Positions 1 through 12,838 are shown, counted from the first letter of the stretch. The stretch: 64,000 nt of DNA from an uncultured Planctomycetaceae bacterium (GCA_963833985.1 CAWIAD010000001.1:2560001-2624000), one strand, 5' to 3'. The notes: generated by a model not told the origin, from the sequence alone. Numbers and translations: made by a program.

Positions 1-730
1 GTGTGAACTGGCTTTCCTGGGGGATGGGAATATCCAGGATGTTCCGGTTGATCAGGGCGACATCGTCATCCTTCCCATAGTTTTGCAGCTCGGACTGGTC
101 CAGGTGCACGCGAACCAGCTTCTCCTTCTCCATGAATTGAAGCCGGGCCCGCTTGGCGAAGATCGTGGCACTGTAGGTGTCGGTGTTGTCCTTGTTCTTG
201 GCCCGCTTGTTGAAGGTGGCGTCGATCATGTCCCTTCCTTCGACGTCACGGACCTTGATCAGAAACGGCCAGCGCGCGTTGTTGAACTCGCGGTCGCGCC
301 GCAGGAATTTGTAGAAGGTGTCCTCGAGATCCTTGAACAGGACGAGCTTCGCCTGATGAGCGCTGCGGGGAATCCAGCCACGGCTCACATAGAACAGGAA
401 CCCGCTGATCACCGCGGCCAGGAAGAGGGTGGGCCAGATCATCGTCATGACCGACAGGCCAGCCGACTTGATCGCGATGATCTCGTTGTCGCCGGCGATG
501 CGCCCGTAAACCACCGTGACCGAGAAGAGCAGCGACACGGGCATCGTGTAGGGCAGCGTGCTGGGGATCACGTATGGAACGAGATGGGCGATGTCCTCCG
601 GCGAGAGCAGCCGGCTCCTCATCGCCTCGGCCGCGACCATGAACAGCACGAAGATGGCCGTCATGGTCACGAGCGAGAGCAGGAAGGCGCGCAGCACCTC
701 TCCGGAAACGTACCGCTGTAGAATGTTCAA
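1..730 (-). CDS. LptF/LptG (YjgP/YjgQ) family LPS export permease, runs off the left edge of the window
   Basis: Manual translation (not in the ORF track): TTG start at 730 with GGAG upstream; MNILQRYVSGEVLRAFLLSL...LPYTMPVSLLFSVTVVYGRIAGDNEIIAIKSAGLS matches the LptF/G N-terminal pattern. Confidence 0.85.
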   Translation of the reverse strand, partial: MNILQRYVSGEVLRAFLLSLVTMTAIFVLFMVAAEAMRSRLLSPEDIAHLVPYVIPSTLPYTMPVSLLFSVTVVYGRIAGDNEIIAIKSAGLSVMTMIWPTLFLAAVISGFLFYVSRGWIPRSAHQAKLVLFKDLEDTFYKFLRRDREFNNARWPFLIKVRDVEGRDMIDATFNKRAKNKDNTDTYSATIFAKRARLQFMEKEKLVRVHLDQSELQNYGKDDDVALINRNILDIPIPQESQFT

Positions 731-829
731 GACGGTCTCCCCCAGATTTGCATCCGTGCCCCAGGTCAACCGCGTAAGTCCTATCTGCCGGCCAGGTTCC
801 GTGCCGGCAGCAGCCTGTGTCAGGCCAGG

Positions 830-2212
830 CTATCCGACGGCTTCGAGCGCCCCGCGAAGGGCCGCTCCCAGACGGCGCGCGCCCTCCTCCAGCTCCGACT
901 CCGTGGGCACGCCGAACGTGAGCCGCAGGTGGTTCCGGGGAACCGGCGCCGGCTCGGGGGCGAAGGCATACTCGCCCGGCACGTACAGGACGCCCTCTTG
1001 CAGGCAGCGAGGAAAGAGAGGCCCCTCAAAGCCCGTGTCCACCTCCTCGGGAACGGTCAGCCAGACGAACAGTCCGCCATTGGGCTGCGTCCAGTGCACG
1101 CCAGCGCGCACCGGTGCCAGGTGGCGCTCCAGCGCGTCCAGGAACACGTCCCGCTTCTTGCCGTAAAGCTCGCGCAAGCGCGCCACGTGACGATCATACT
1201 CGCCGCTGGCCAGCGTCTGCTGAAGCCATTGCTGATTGAAGTTGGCGGAGCCGAAGTCATGGTTCCCCTTCAATCTCAGAATCGGATCGATCAAGCCCCG
1301 GGGCAGGACCCCGTAGCCGATCTTGACCCCCGGGCTGAAGGTCTTGCTGAAGGTGCGGGCCAGGATGACCGTCTCGGCCTCGTGGTCCAGGCTCCAGAGG
1401 CTGTGCGGCTCGGTCACGCCATAAGACAGCCCATGGTAAGCGGCATCCTCCAGCAAGAAGATTCGCCGGCCCGCCAGCCCTGACCAGCGCCGTACCAGCT
1501 CCACCAGGGCCTGCCGCCGGCTCGAAGCCAGGCTGATCCCCGTCGGGTTGGCATGCTCGGGGATCGTGTAGATGAGCTTGACGCGCTGCAACTGGCCGTC
1601 GTCACGAAGCCGGGCCAGCGTTCGTTCCAGCGCGTCGGTCCGCAAACCCTGCTCGTCGATCTGGACCCGGATCGCACGGGCGCCCCGGGTCTCTACCGGC
1701 CCCAGGAAGACAAAATAGGTGGGCGACTCGACCAGCACGATATCGCCCGGGTCCAGCAGCGCCTCACAGACCAGGTAGATGAGCTGGGCCGAGCCCGTCG
1801 TCACCACGGTCCGTGAGATCGCATCGTGATAGGTCCCCGGCGCGACGCCCTCGGTGCGCTCGAGCCGTTCGATCAGCCCGGTCCGCAAGCCGGCATGGCC
1901 AATCGTCGTACCATACTGGAGCGACCTGCGGCCCTCGGTCTCGCTGGCAAACAGAGCCGAGAGCGATCGGGCACTGACGTCCACGGGAAGCGATTGCTGG
2001 TCCACGAAGCCAGCCGCCAGCGACACGATCGCGGGGTTCTCGAGCGCCGTCTGCATCAGGTTGGTGATCGAGGGGGGACTGGTCCGGATGGCGGCCTTGC
2101 TCAGGGGAATCCGCAACGTCGTGGCGGGCGCGGGCTGGTCCAGGGAAGACAGTTCTTCCGAGGCGCGTGGTACTTTAGCCACCCGCGAGGCGGTGTCAAG
2201 CTCGATTTGCAT
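830..2212 (-). CDS. PLP-dependent aminotransferase class I/II (LysN/ARO8-like)
   Basis: Motifs SLAAGF, LQYG, TTGSAQ, VESPTY, YTIPEHANPTG, EDAAY, TFSKTFSPGVKIGY (PLP lysine). Start placed at MQIELD; the ORF-track extension to 2506 looks non-coding. Confidence 0.88.
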   Translation of the reverse strand: MQIELDTASRVAKVPRASEELSSLDQPAPATTLRIPLSKAAIRTSPPSITNLMQTALENPAIVSLAAGFVDQQSLPVDVSARSLSALFASETEGRRSLQYGTTIGHAGLRTGLIERLERTEGVAPGTYHDAISRTVVTTGSAQLIYLVCEALLDPGDIVLVESPTYFVFLGPVETRGARAIRVQIDEQGLRTDALERTLARLRDDGQLQRVKLIYTIPEHANPTGISLASSRRQALVELVRRWSGLAGRRIFLLEDAAYHGLSYGVTEPHSLWSLDHEAETVILARTFSKTFSPGVKIGYGVLPRGLIDPILRLKGNHDFGSANFNQQWLQQTLASGEYDRHVARLRELYGKKRDVFLDALERHLAPVRAGVHWTQPNGGLFVWLTVPEEVDTGFEGPLFPRCLQEGVLYVPGEYAFAPEPAPVPRNHLRLTFGVPTESELEEGARRLGAALRGALEAVG

Positions 2213-2527
2213 GCAATCCTCTCGCCGCGTGCCGCGGCCGCTCAATCCTGGCGGGAAGCCTGGTCTGCCCCCGGGGGAAACAGACCAATCCAGGCTTGCT
2301 CGTGTAGCCGGTCTCCTGACGTCCGCCCCCCTGGACACTCCCGGAGCGACAGCGGTTCGGTCCGACGGCTTACCGAGCGCGGCCCGTTCGCCCGTGGCGG
2401 CTTCGTCGCCGCCCGGCCGTCGCCCACACCTACAACCTTGCATTCTAAACCTTTCCCAGGCGGCATCGTAGCCCCGGGTCCCGGAAAAAGCCCCCAGTTC
2501 CGGCATGCCTTGCTCGCCCCCTCGCGT

Positions 2528-3454
2528 TCAGGCCGCCTGCTCGTCGCTCTCGTTCCAGAACAGATAATCGTTGCTGTTGGTCGGGTGCATCCGGATTTGC
2601 TGTTCCAGCACATCCATGAAATGCTGGACCCAGTACCCGGTCTGCCCCTGTGTTTCCGCGTCCGCCGGGACGTGGAACGCAGGGCGAAAGTCGATGTGAT
2701 AGCGCCTGTCCTGCCCGACCCGGCAGGAGACGATGACCACGGGCGACTGGCTCAGGCCCGCGAGCACGATCCACGTGGTGGAGAACCTCAGCCTCCGGCC
2801 CAGGAAGTGCGCTTCCTCGGTCATCTGGCCCGACCACCGCACGTCGCCAGCCAGGAACAGCAGCATTCCTGAACGGAGCACCCGGGCGGCCCGCAGGATG
2901 GAACTGGCTGCATCCTTGGAGTCCCCCTTGCGGGAGATGAACAGCTTGTCCTGGCTGAGCGGGCCCTCACTGGCGAAGCGCTCGACCATGAAACGCGAGA
3001 CATTGCGGGGACGCTCCATGTACAGGCGGAGCGGATATTGATGGCGGTACAGCCAGTGCGCGGGGAGCATGTGCGCGCCGAAGTGGCTGGTCAGCACTAT
3101 GCAACCCTTTCCTTCGGCCACGGCCGCGTCCAGGTGTTCCTGGCCGCTGACGCGAAACATGGCCTCGGCCCGCTGGTCCGACACCCCGTCGAGCAGCATG
3201 TCGCGCGTCCGCCAGAGAATCTGATTGCCGCACAACTCCCGGCTCACGGCAGGGACGTCCCAGTCGCTCGCGAGGATGTCGTTCGCCTGCCCGACCGCTC
3301 TGTCGAATCCAGCACGCAAGTGCTTGTGCAGCCGGTACTCGAGCTGACCGAACCCCGAGAGCAATCTCGAGGCTGTGGTGAGCGGCAGCCAGCGGATAAA
3401 CGGCAAAATCCCTTTCAGGAAGCCTTTACGTATATTGCGACCGCGTCGCTCCAT
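2528..3454 (-). CDS. Lipid A lauroyl/myristoyl acyltransferase-like protein (HtrB/LpxL family)
   Basis: VSGQEHLDAAVAEGKGCIVLTSHFGAH and LRSGMLLFLAGD...FLGRR fit the bacterial lipid A acyltransferase family. Confidence 0.75.
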   Translation of the reverse strand: MERRGRNIRKGFLKGILPFIRWLPLTTASRLLSGFGQLEYRLHKHLRAGFDRAVGQANDILASDWDVPAVSRELCGNQILWRTRDMLLDGVSDQRAEAMFRVSGQEHLDAAVAEGKGCIVLTSHFGAHMLPAHWLYRHQYPLRLYMERPRNVSRFMVERFASEGPLSQDKLFISRKGDSKDAASSILRAARVLRSGMLLFLAGDVRWSGQMTEEAHFLGRRLRFSTTWIVLAGLSQSPVVIVSCRVGQDRRYHIDFRPAFHVPADAETQGQTGYWVQHFMDVLEQQIRMHPTNSNDYLFWNESDEQAA

Positions 3455-3689
3455 CGACCGCCCCCCCTCAATTCATGCCGGCCAGCCGGGAAGTTGCCGT
3501 TTCCGGCCCCGGACCGAGCACTGCCGGCGGGCGAGAGTTTGTCACGCGGCGTTGCACCTGGCAACGCCAAAATCCGGGCCCCGGGGCGCCCGCAGGAAAG
3601 ATATCGGCAATCCAGGGGTCGCGGCTGCGGAATCCGCGGGACCGGCAGGCAGGCCGGGTGAGAAAGCCGGGGGCTCGCCCGGCGTGCCT

Positions 3690-4424
3690 TCAGCGGCTCG
3701 CCCGCCGGGCGGGAATCTCGTCCTCGGAGAGGTAGAGCAGCCGGCCGCAGCTCTTGCAGAACATGAGCTGGTCGCCGTTGATGAGGTGATTGACCATCTG
3801 GGTCGTGACGGCCGTGAAGCAGCCCGAGCAGGCGCCGTTCTCGCAGGCGGCCAGGGCGTCGGCCCCGAACTGGCGAACGGTACGGCTGTACCGCTCACGG
3901 CAGTCTTCCGGAATCGAGACCTCGGCTTCCACGATCGCCTTTTCCAGTTCCTGAAGCTGTGCCTTGTGACCGGCGGCCTGGGATTCAATCTCGGCCTGGA
4001 TGGCGAGCACGTCCTGCTCGAACGACTTGAGCTCTCCCTCGAGCTTGGCCACGTCCGCGGTGTGAGTCTCGATCTGCTCGTAGATTTGCAGGATCTCATC
4101 CTCGATCTTGCTGATCGACGCCTTGTCGTGCGCAATCTGGTTTTGCAGGGCCTTGTACTCGTCGTTCTTCTTCACCTGATTCAGCTTGGCCTTCAGATCA
4201 TCGATCTTGGCTTGCTGGGCCTGCACGGTGTGCTCGTGCTTCTTGAGCTGGAGCTTGCTGTCTTGAAGAGTCTTGCGGGCCTTTTCGAGCTCGACGCGTC
4301 TGCCCGCGAGCGTGTTCTGGCGGGCGGCCAGGGTCCGCGGTGCCGCGATGAGACGGTCACGCAGGGCCTTGGCACGCTGGTGCAGGTGGTGGAGTTCGCG
4401 AAGGATTACAGCGGTCGCGGTCAT
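3690..4424 (-). CDS. Coiled-coil protein with C-terminal C4 zinc ribbon (DUF164 / CT398 / FlgZ-like)
   Basis: Long heptad helix containing KKNDEYKALQNQI, then CSGCF...FCKSCGRLLY. Confidence 0.88.
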   Translation of the reverse strand: MTATAVILRELHHLHQRAKALRDRLIAAPRTLAARQNTLAGRRVELEKARKTLQDSKLQLKKHEHTVQAQQAKIDDLKAKLNQVKKNDEYKALQNQIAHDKASISKIEDEILQIYEQIETHTADVAKLEGELKSFEQDVLAIQAEIESQAAGHKAQLQELEKAIVEAEVSIPEDCRERYSRTVRQFGADALAACENGACSGCFTAVTTQMVNHLINGDQLMFCKSCGRLLYLSEDEIPARRASR

Positions 4425-4492
4425 GAGTCACGGGCTCCATCGTGATCGTTGCAGTCGGCCGGGGAATTCGAGAACGGTTGCGATGGAACAAC

Positions 4493-4529
4493 AAAAAAAC
4501 CGCCGGTCGCCCTCAGGCGACCGGCGGTT
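4493..4529 (-). terminator. Rho-independent terminator downstream of rpoD
   Basis: Perfect 14-bp stem AACCGCCGGTCGCC / GGCGACCGGCGGTT with a 4-nt loop, followed by a T-run on the minus strand, just after the rpoD stop. Confidence 0.85.
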
Positions 4530-4540
4530 GAATGGCCGGT

Positions 4541-6214
<1,674 letters not shown>

Positions 6215-6258
6215 CCAGAAACCTCCCTCACGCACGGAACGACGGGTCAGGACGCGTC

Positions 6259-8190
6259 TTACTTCGTGTCCGGCCGCTGGTTCATGAGACGTCGATACTC
6301 TAACTGTAAGGCACGATAGGCGTCCGGGTCGCTCGACTCTTCCGTTTCGGCAAGTGCCCGGCGGATGTCGCCAAGCCGGTTTTGCCGCTCGCGCCGGGCC
6401 AGCGTGACGAGCACGCCCTTGAGGCGCTCTTGCCCGGAAGCGGGACGCACGTCCTCGGGCAAGGGCGCCGGGTCCAGGGGAAGCAGCAGACCTGCCGCCA
6501 GGGCACGAACCTGGGGGTCGTCGAGGCGGAGCATCACTTCCTGGGCGGTGGCTGCTCGGCCCTCGCCGTGCAGATCGTAACAGGCCTGCAAGATGGCTCG
6601 CAGAGGCGCATCGCGGAGCGATCCGACCGTGACGCGCGTAACCAGTTCGGCCACCAGCTCCGGCTCGCTCAGGACCACCTGGACCAGCTCGCGGTCGAGC
6701 GGGTCAAGATCGCCCAGGCGAAAGGGCACCGGGGGATCGGCAGCCTGCGCGGTCGCCGGATTGGCCTGGGCTGCGAACCGCGTCGGCACCGCGGCTGGAC
6801 CGGGGCCCGATCGGGGTGCACCCATGCCGGGCGAGGCGGCCTTCCTCAGCTCGCGTAAACGCTTGCTCAGAAGGTCGACCGGCTGGTTCAGGCGAACAGA
6901 CAGGTTGTCGAGAGACTTGGCCCATTTGACGTCCATACCCACGCGTTGCGAGGTCGGGATACGGCTGAGGATTCCCAGCACCCATTCCGCGGCCCGCCGC
7001 GCGCCCTCAATCGAGCCGGAGTCGAAGCGGGCGGCCGCTCGGTCGAGCACGAAGGCCAGCGGATCCACGGCCCTGGCGACGAGCTCGCGGAACGCGTCAG
7101 CCCCTTCTTTCAGGAGAAAGTCGCAGGGATCCAGGTTCGCGGGCAAGCTCAGGATGCGCACGTCGAGTTCGTGTCCCAGGAAGAATTCCAAGGCGCGGTC
7201 CGCGGCGTTCTGGCCGGCGGCGTCGCCGTCGAAGACGAGCACCACCAGATCCGCCAGGCGCCGCAGGCCCTGAACATGATCTGGACCCAGGGCCGTGCCC
7301 AGGGTGCCGACGACATTGCACAATCCCACCTGGTGCGCCGCGATGACGTCGGTGTAACCCTCAACGACGGCCACCCACTTTGCCTCGCGGCAGGCCGCCT
7401 TGGCACGGTCGGCCGCGTACAGCACCTTGCGTTTCTGAAAGAGGGCCGTCTCAGGGCTGTTAAGGTATTTTGCGACATTTTTCCCTTGCGAGGCCAATGC
7501 GCGTTCCACTTCGGGAAGAATTCGTCCGCCAAACCCGATCGCGCGGCCTCGCTCGTCATGAATGGGAAAGATCAGCCGACCCTGAAATCGCTCACGCACG
7601 GTCCCGGGCGAGTCTTCGGATTGCGACAGCAGTCCGGCTTGCTCCAGCAGCGCCGCGGGATAGCCTCGAGTCCGGCCCTCGGCGGCGAGCCAGCCCCGCT
7701 CGGGCATGGCATAGCCAAGGCGAAACTGTTCAATACTGGTGGCCGTCAAGCCGCGGTCCAGGGCGTAGGCTCTCGCCTGCGGCGAGCGGCTCAGGGCCCG
7801 CGCGAAGACTCCTTCCGCCCAGGCGCACACCGCCAGCAGGTCCGACTTCGACGGTCCGGCCGCCACGGCAGTGGCTGCGGACGCGGCAGGCGGCGGGCTC
7901 TCTAGCACAATACCTGCCCGCTCGGCCAGCATGCGCAACGCCTCGGGAAAGTCAACGTGTTCGTAGTTCTTGACAAAGTCGAAGACATCACCCCCGGCAC
8001 TACAGCTCCAGCACTTGTAAGACTGGCGCTCGGGGTTGATTTCCAGCGAGGGATTATGGTCGTCGTGGAACGGGCACAGTGCCTTGTACTTCGAACCGGC
8101 CCGTCGGAGGGGCAGATACTCGCCGACCAGCGCGACGATATCCACCGCGTTTTTAATGGCAACCTTGGTGGCGTCCGACTGTCGGGGCAC
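6259..8190 (-). CDS. dnaG: DNA primase
   Basis: [10 protein letters not shown]...CWSC zinc finger, [20 protein letters not shown]...FDGDAAG, DPCD; directly upstream of rpoD. Start set at the GTG following a CAGGAG RBS. Confidence 0.96.
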   Translation of the reverse strand: MPRQSDATKVAIKNAVDIVALVGEYLPLRRAGSKYKALCPFHDDHNPSLEINPERQSYKCWSCSAGGDVFDFVKNYEHVDFPEALRMLAERAGIVLESPPPAASAATAVAAGPSKSDLLAVCAWAEGVFARALSRSPQARAYALDRGLTATSIEQFRLGYAMPERGWLAAEGRTRGYPAALLEQAGLLSQSEDSPGTVRERFQGRLIFPIHDERGRAIGFGGRILPEVERALASQGKNVAKYLNSPETALFQKRKVLYAADRAKAACREAKWVAVVEGYTDVIAAHQVGLCNVVGTLGTALGPDHVQGLRRLADLVVLVFDGDAAGQNAADRALEFFLGHELDVRILSLPANLDPCDFLLKEGADAFRELVARAVDPLAFVLDRAAARFDSGSIEGARRAAEWVLGILSRIPTSQRVGMDVKWAKSLDNLSVRLNQPVDLLSKRLRELRKAASPGMGAPRSGPGPAAVPTRFAAQANPATAQAADPPVPFRLGDLDPLDRELVQVVLSEPELVAELVTRVTVGSLRDAPLRAILQACYDLHGEGRAATAQEVMLRLDDPQVRALAAGLLLPLDPAPLPEDVRPASGQERLKGVLVTLARRERQNRLGDIRRALAETEESSDPDAYRALQLEYRRLMNQRPDTK

Positions 8191-8317
8191 CGGGAGCTCC
8201 TGATAGACAGGCACGAGCCCGGGTCCATGGTTCGCAGTCGCGGGAGAACCGGCCAGCCGGTATCACCCCGCCCTCTGCTCACCGTGCCCTGTAGACATCA
8301 TTGCCGACAACAGGGGA

Positions 8318-8345
8318 ATTATAACCTCAAGCGTTTTTGGGTCAA
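8318..8345 (-). promoter_or_regulatory. Sigma70-type promoter for dnaG-rpoD
   Basis: Minus strand reads TTGACC-N16-TATAAT in an AT-rich patch about 130 bp upstream of dnaG. Confidence 0.65.
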
Positions 8346-8766
8346 GTTTTCCAGGCCTTCTGCCGACACTCCCGGCCCACGTGTAAGCCGGCATGATTTT
8401 AGCATTTATGTTGACGGCCCCGGTCCGCCTCATGGCCCGCCCCAGGACGCTTCCCAACCCGTGCTCCCCCGGCCTCGGGCCCGCGGAACCCGTTTGCGGC
8501 CGCACGCTGCCTTTGCCCAGTCTACTCACGACACTTAATATTCGCTCACCGATGTCCTACGAACCACGTGTCCAAGTCAAGACCTGCCCCCGGAATCGGC
8601 GGCCTCGCCAGGAAATTCCGATGAACCCTCGCGCAGGAGAAAGCAAGCACTCTCGAGCCGGAGCGGAGGTTGATGCGAAAATTCGAAAACATTCGGGGAT
8701 CCGCGTCCCGGAGCGACCGGTCGCGTGGCGAGACTTCCCGTAAGAAGCTGGCAGGAGCAAGACAGA

Positions 8767-10302
8767 TCAGCGGCCGCCACCCGGGCCGACGTTCTCCGCG
8801 TCGTCTTCGTGTCCGGCCGCGTTCTTGCCGCCGATGAGCAAGGGCAGGGGACGGCCGCCCTCGGGGGGGATGACCAGGAGCGGTAGCCCACGCTGCGGGT
8901 CGAAGCGGCGGACGGCGGTCTCGAACTCCGGCATGACGCTCACCGGGATCCGGCCCACGCCGAGGATGCGCGTGCCTGCCCGCAGGCCGGCCTGGGCGGC
9001 GGGGCTCTCGGGGACCACCTTGTCCACCTCGATGCCCGTTCTCCCCTCGGCGCCGGCGATTTCCCGCACATGGAAGCCGAGGAACGCCGCCTCGGGCGAG
9101 TCCGGCAGCTCGCTGATCTTCACGGTCACGGACTGCTCTTTCCCCTCGCGTACGAAGACCAGGGGAACCTGGGCCCCCACATCGAGCCCGGCGGTGAGGA
9201 TGCGCAGCTCGGCGGGGTCGGCGACCGCGTGGTCAGCCAGCTTGACGATCACGTCCCCCGGCTTCAGTCCGCCGACCGCGGCAGGGCTGCCGGGCTGGAC
9301 CCGCGAGATCAAGGCCCCGCGCGCCTCGGGCAAACGGAGCTTCCGCGCCACCTCGGCGTCGAGCGGGCCAATGACGACTCCCAGGTAGCCCCGGACGACC
9401 TTGCCATTCTTGATCAGCCCGTCCACCACGCGCTTCGCCAGCGACGACGGAATGGCCAGGCCGATACCTTCGTAGCCGCCGGTCCGCGTGATGATCGCCG
9501 TATTGATTCCCACAACCTTGCCGGCCAGGTTGATGAGCGGACCGCCCGAGTTACCCGGGTTGATCGCCGCGTCGGTCTGGATAAATGATTCGTATTCGGC
9601 AATCTTCAGATCATTGCGCTCCGTGGCCGACACGATCCCCGCGGTCACCGAGTGGTCGAAGCCGAGCGGACTGCCGATCGCCAGCACCCAGTCGCCGATG
9701 TCGAGCTGGTCCGAATCGCCCCACTCGGCCTGCACCTTCAGCGGCGCCCGGACCTGAAGCACGGCCAGGTCACTCTTGGGGTCGGCCCCGACCAGCCGCG
9801 CCGGGACATCGTCGCGCTGCCCCAGCCGCACGACGATCCGTTCCGCCTCCTTCACCACGTGGTAGTTGGTCACCACGTAGCCGCGATTCTTGTCAATGAT
9901 CACACCGGAACCCAGCTCGCCCCCCTGGAACCCGGGGCCTCCCGGGTTGCCTCCCAGCGGCAGGCCCGGTACGCCCTCCGCCCGCCGGCGCTCGTGCTGA
10001 GCCTGGACATTGACCACGGCCGGCGAGACCGCCGTGACCGCCAGGCGAAAAAGCGTCGAAGTCTGTGCGACCACGCCTGCCTTCTCCAGCTTCGCGAGTG
10101 CCTCGGTGGCAGCCCTGGCCCGGCCTGCCTCCCATGAGTAGCCGGTCCGCTCGGCCACGAACGGCACCCCATACACGACCAGCCATGCCATGGCCAGCAG
10201 GAAAAGGATCACCAAAAACCCGCGCCGTACCGGTGGAGTGGCCGGCCGAGGCGGCGGATCGTCGAATCCGAAACCATGATCCTGCGGATTGAACGACGCC
10301 AT
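8767..10302 (-). CDS. HtrA/DegP-family serine protease, N-terminal membrane anchor, two PDZ domains
   Basis: GSGVII, VTNYHVV, SDLAVL, QTDAAINPGNSGGPL catalytic-triad motifs; PDZ repeats (SPAAVGGLKPGD, SPAAQAGLRAG). Confidence 0.93.
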   Translation of the reverse strand: MASFNPQDHGFGFDDPPPRPATPPVRRGFLVILFLLAMAWLVVYGVPFVAERTGYSWEAGRARAATEALAKLEKAGVVAQTSTLFRLAVTAVSPAVVNVQAQHERRRAEGVPGLPLGGNPGGPGFQGGELGSGVIIDKNRGYVVTNYHVVKEAERIVVRLGQRDDVPARLVGADPKSDLAVLQVRAPLKVQAEWGDSDQLDIGDWVLAIGSPLGFDHSVTAGIVSATERNDLKIAEYESFIQTDAAINPGNSGGPLINLAGKVVGINTAIITRTGGYEGIGLAIPSSLAKRVVDGLIKNGKVVRGYLGVVIGPLDAEVARKLRLPEARGALISRVQPGSPAAVGGLKPGDVIVKLADHAVADPAELRILTAGLDVGAQVPLVFVREGKEQSVTVKISELPDSPEAAFLGFHVREIAGAEGRTGIEVDKVVPESPAAQAGLRAGTRILGVGRIPVSVMPEFETAVRRFDPQRGLPLLVIPPEGGRPLPLLIGGKNAAGHEDDAENVGPGGGR

Positions 10303-10659
10303 CAGCGGGGCTCTCCAGCGGTGCTTCTCAGGGAGGGTGCGTCGCGCTCGCGGAATCCATCCGGGCCATGACTGATACGCGGACGGGCCAGGGCGGGACG
10401 GTCGGCTGCCAGGTTGAATGCGTGCGCGGAACGGTGGGACAGTCTGACGGCTCAACACGCCCGGCCGGGCCTGGACGCAGAACCGGTGTTCCGAACCGAG
10501 ACCCGCTCCTGCATCAGCCTTTGCAAGCTGCGTCGAACCGGCGGCCCATGGCCACAGGGTATTGTGGACCGCGGCCATGCCGAAATCAACCGACGATCAT
10601 CGAGCGCACGTCACGCCGCGGCCGTGCGCCGGCGGTTCGGACTGGAATCCTCACGCATG

Positions 10660-11190
10660 ACAGGTCTCCAAGTGAGGCGTCGCTCCACCCGGACACATAC
10701 ATTCGGGGGCTCGCACACTTGCTTCGCGAGGCACTCCAGGAGCGCGGGCCGAACCTGCTGGTGCTCGACGGCCTGGAACGGTTGCAGCGCGAGCAAGGAC
10801 ACAGCGCCTGTGGGTTCGGGCAGATCGAGGACCCGCTGCTGCGCGGACTTCTCGTGCGGATCGCCGAGGGCGCCGGCCAGACCTTCGCACTGGTCACCAG
10901 CCGGTTCCCGCTCACGGACCTCCAGTCAATGCACGACCGAGGATACCGCACACTGGACATCGAGGGATTGAGTCCGACGGCGTCCGTAGAACTGCTTCGC
11001 CGGCACGGCGTGCGCGGTGACGATGGCGCGCTTGGGCGGCTGGTCCAGGCGTACGGGCGCACGCGCGCTCTCGCTCGATCACCTGGGTTCGCTGATCGGT
11101 CAGTTCCTGGACGGCGATCCGGCACGCGGGCCCGAAGCACCACGGTTCGCCGCGCCGTCACAAGATCGCCAGATCCTGCGCCATCCCGCC
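10660..11190 (+). pseudogene. Fragment of a STAND/NACHT-like P-loop ATPase gene
   Basis: LLVLDGLERLQ (Walker B), LVTSR, EGLSPTASVELL; after a frameshift near 11060 it continues ALSLDHLGSLI. No start, no Walker A and no C-terminal domains. Confidence 0.55.
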
Positions 11191-11455
11191 TGCGCCCCCG
11201 TCCCCCCGGTACGACCCGGGCTTTCGTCGCATCGGCCGCGCGTGCCACGGTCGCTTGCGCCGGCAAAACACCTGCCTGCTGTCACGCTTCAGCGCGCAGG
11301 CGACAAGCTCCTGAAGCCAGGCCTGATCGACGAGCGAGTTCGCCTCTCCGGCGTTCTGTGCCATACTGAACTAGGGAACGCGCTCAGAATGCGCCGAAGG
11401 CGGGCCGATCGCGTTTATTTAGAGGTAACCCGGACCGAACCTCCCGAGTCCCCGA

Positions 11456-12838
11456 ATGCATGGAATCTTGAACGTCCGCCGCGGCAGTCTGTTTGGCTGC
11501 GGAATTGCTCTGGCTCTCACTGTGGCCTGCGGCATGGCGGGCTGGTCGGGCCGGCTCTCGCCCTTGCTGGGAGCGACCGGTACGGCCCTGGCCACCGAGC
11601 CGGTGCGCCGGGTCGATCTGGAGGTGACGGTGACGGCAGCCGGGCGCGTGGACAGCTCGGAACGGACGATCATCGAATGCGAGCTCGAGGCGATGCTGGG
11701 GGCGTCTTGGGGCTCGTCCACCATCCTCAGCCTCGTGCCGGAAGGGACCATGGTTCGGAAGGGGGATGTGCTCTGTACGCTCGACGCCACGCACTACGAT
11801 GAGGCTTTGAGACTTCAGGAGATCCAGGTAAGCATGGTGCGGTCGGATCTCACCAAGGCGAGACTCGACCTCGAGGTCGCGAAGCTGGCGGTGGTGGAGT
11901 ACCGCAGGGGGCTCATGGAGCAGACGCTCACGGCACTCAAGGGTGGAATCGCTCTGCTGCGGGCCGACCACGAGCGGGCCGCAGATCGGCTCCAGTGGGC
12001 ACGCCGCATGTTGCAGAAGGGATATCTCTCGCGGGCTCAGGTGGCAACCGAGGCCTCGAACACCGACCACCTGGCACACAGCCTGAAGATGGGCGAGCTG
12101 GAGCTGACGGTGTTCGAGCGCTGGTCCGCGCCGAAGTACCTGAAAACCCTGGAAGCCGCGGTGCTCATGGCCGAGTCGATCTTCCGGTACCAATCCAGCC
12201 GCATGACACTCTCGGAGCAGCGCCTGCAATTCTTCAGGGAGCAGGTCGAGGCGTGCACCATCCGGGCCCCGCACGACGGCTTCCTGATCTACTACACCTA
12301 TCCCCAGTATCCCACCTATCGCATCCAGGAGGGGACCGTCGTGCTGCGGACGCAGAAACTGTTTTACCTTCCGGACCTGAACCACATGGAAGTGATTGCA
12401 CCCTTGCACGAGACGGTCGTCAATGACCTCCAGCCCGGGATCGAGGCCACGATCGAGGTGGAAGGCCTGCCTGGCAAGGTGCTCACAGGCCAGCTCAAGA
12501 CCATTCCCACGATGCCGAAAATGCTCTGGTACAGCGATTTGCGTTACTTCGATAGCACAGTCACGCTGCGCGAAGTTCCCTCGGGCCTGAAACCGGGCAT
12601 GACGGCCTCGGTGAAGTTTCTCGTGAAGAAGCCCGCCGCCCTGGTCATTCCCGTCGGGTCGCTCGCAATCTACCAGGGCAAGGAAGTGTGCTACGTCAAG
12701 CAGGGCAATGAACTCCAGCGGCGGGAAATCAAGCTGGGCCAGTCCACACCCACGCTCATCGAGGTCCTCTCGGGCGTCGAGGAGAACGAGCAGGTGGTAC
12801 TGCGACCGGACCGCAGCCTGGCCGACCTGAGCCTCTGA
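11456..12838 (+). CDS. Efflux periplasmic adaptor / membrane fusion protein (HlyD/MacA-like)
   Basis: N-terminal TM, VPEGTMVRKGDVLC lipoyl half, long helical hairpin, IRAPHDG, LKPGMTASV, IEVLSGVEENEQVV. Confidence 0.9.
   Translation: MHGILNVRRGSLFGCGIALALTVACGMAGWSGRLSPLLGATGTALATEPVRRVDLEVTVTAAGRVDSSERTIIECELEAMLGASWGSSTILSLVPEGTMVRKGDVLCTLDATHYDEALRLQEIQVSMVRSDLTKARLDLEVAKLAVVEYRRGLMEQTLTALKGGIALLRADHERAADRLQWARRMLQKGYLSRAQVATEASNTDHLAHSLKMGELELTVFERWSAPKYLKTLEAAVLMAESIFRYQSSRMTLSEQRLQFFREQVEACTIRAPHDGFLIYYTYPQYPTYRIQEGTVVLRTQKLFYLPDLNHMEVIAPLHETVVNDLQPGIEATIEVEGLPGKVLTGQLKTIPTMPKMLWYSDLRYFDSTVTLREVPSGLKPGMTASVKFLVKKPAALVIPVGSLAIYQGKEVCYVKQGNELQRREIKLGQSTPTLIEVLSGVEENEQVVLRPDRSLADLSL

Noticed and set aside
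2213..2506. N-terminal extensions given by the ORF track (aminotransferase to 2506, htrA to 10578, pckG from 27814, mgtE from 26024)
   Set aside because: Composition is not protein-like, and more plausible starts lie downstream at the family N-terminus.
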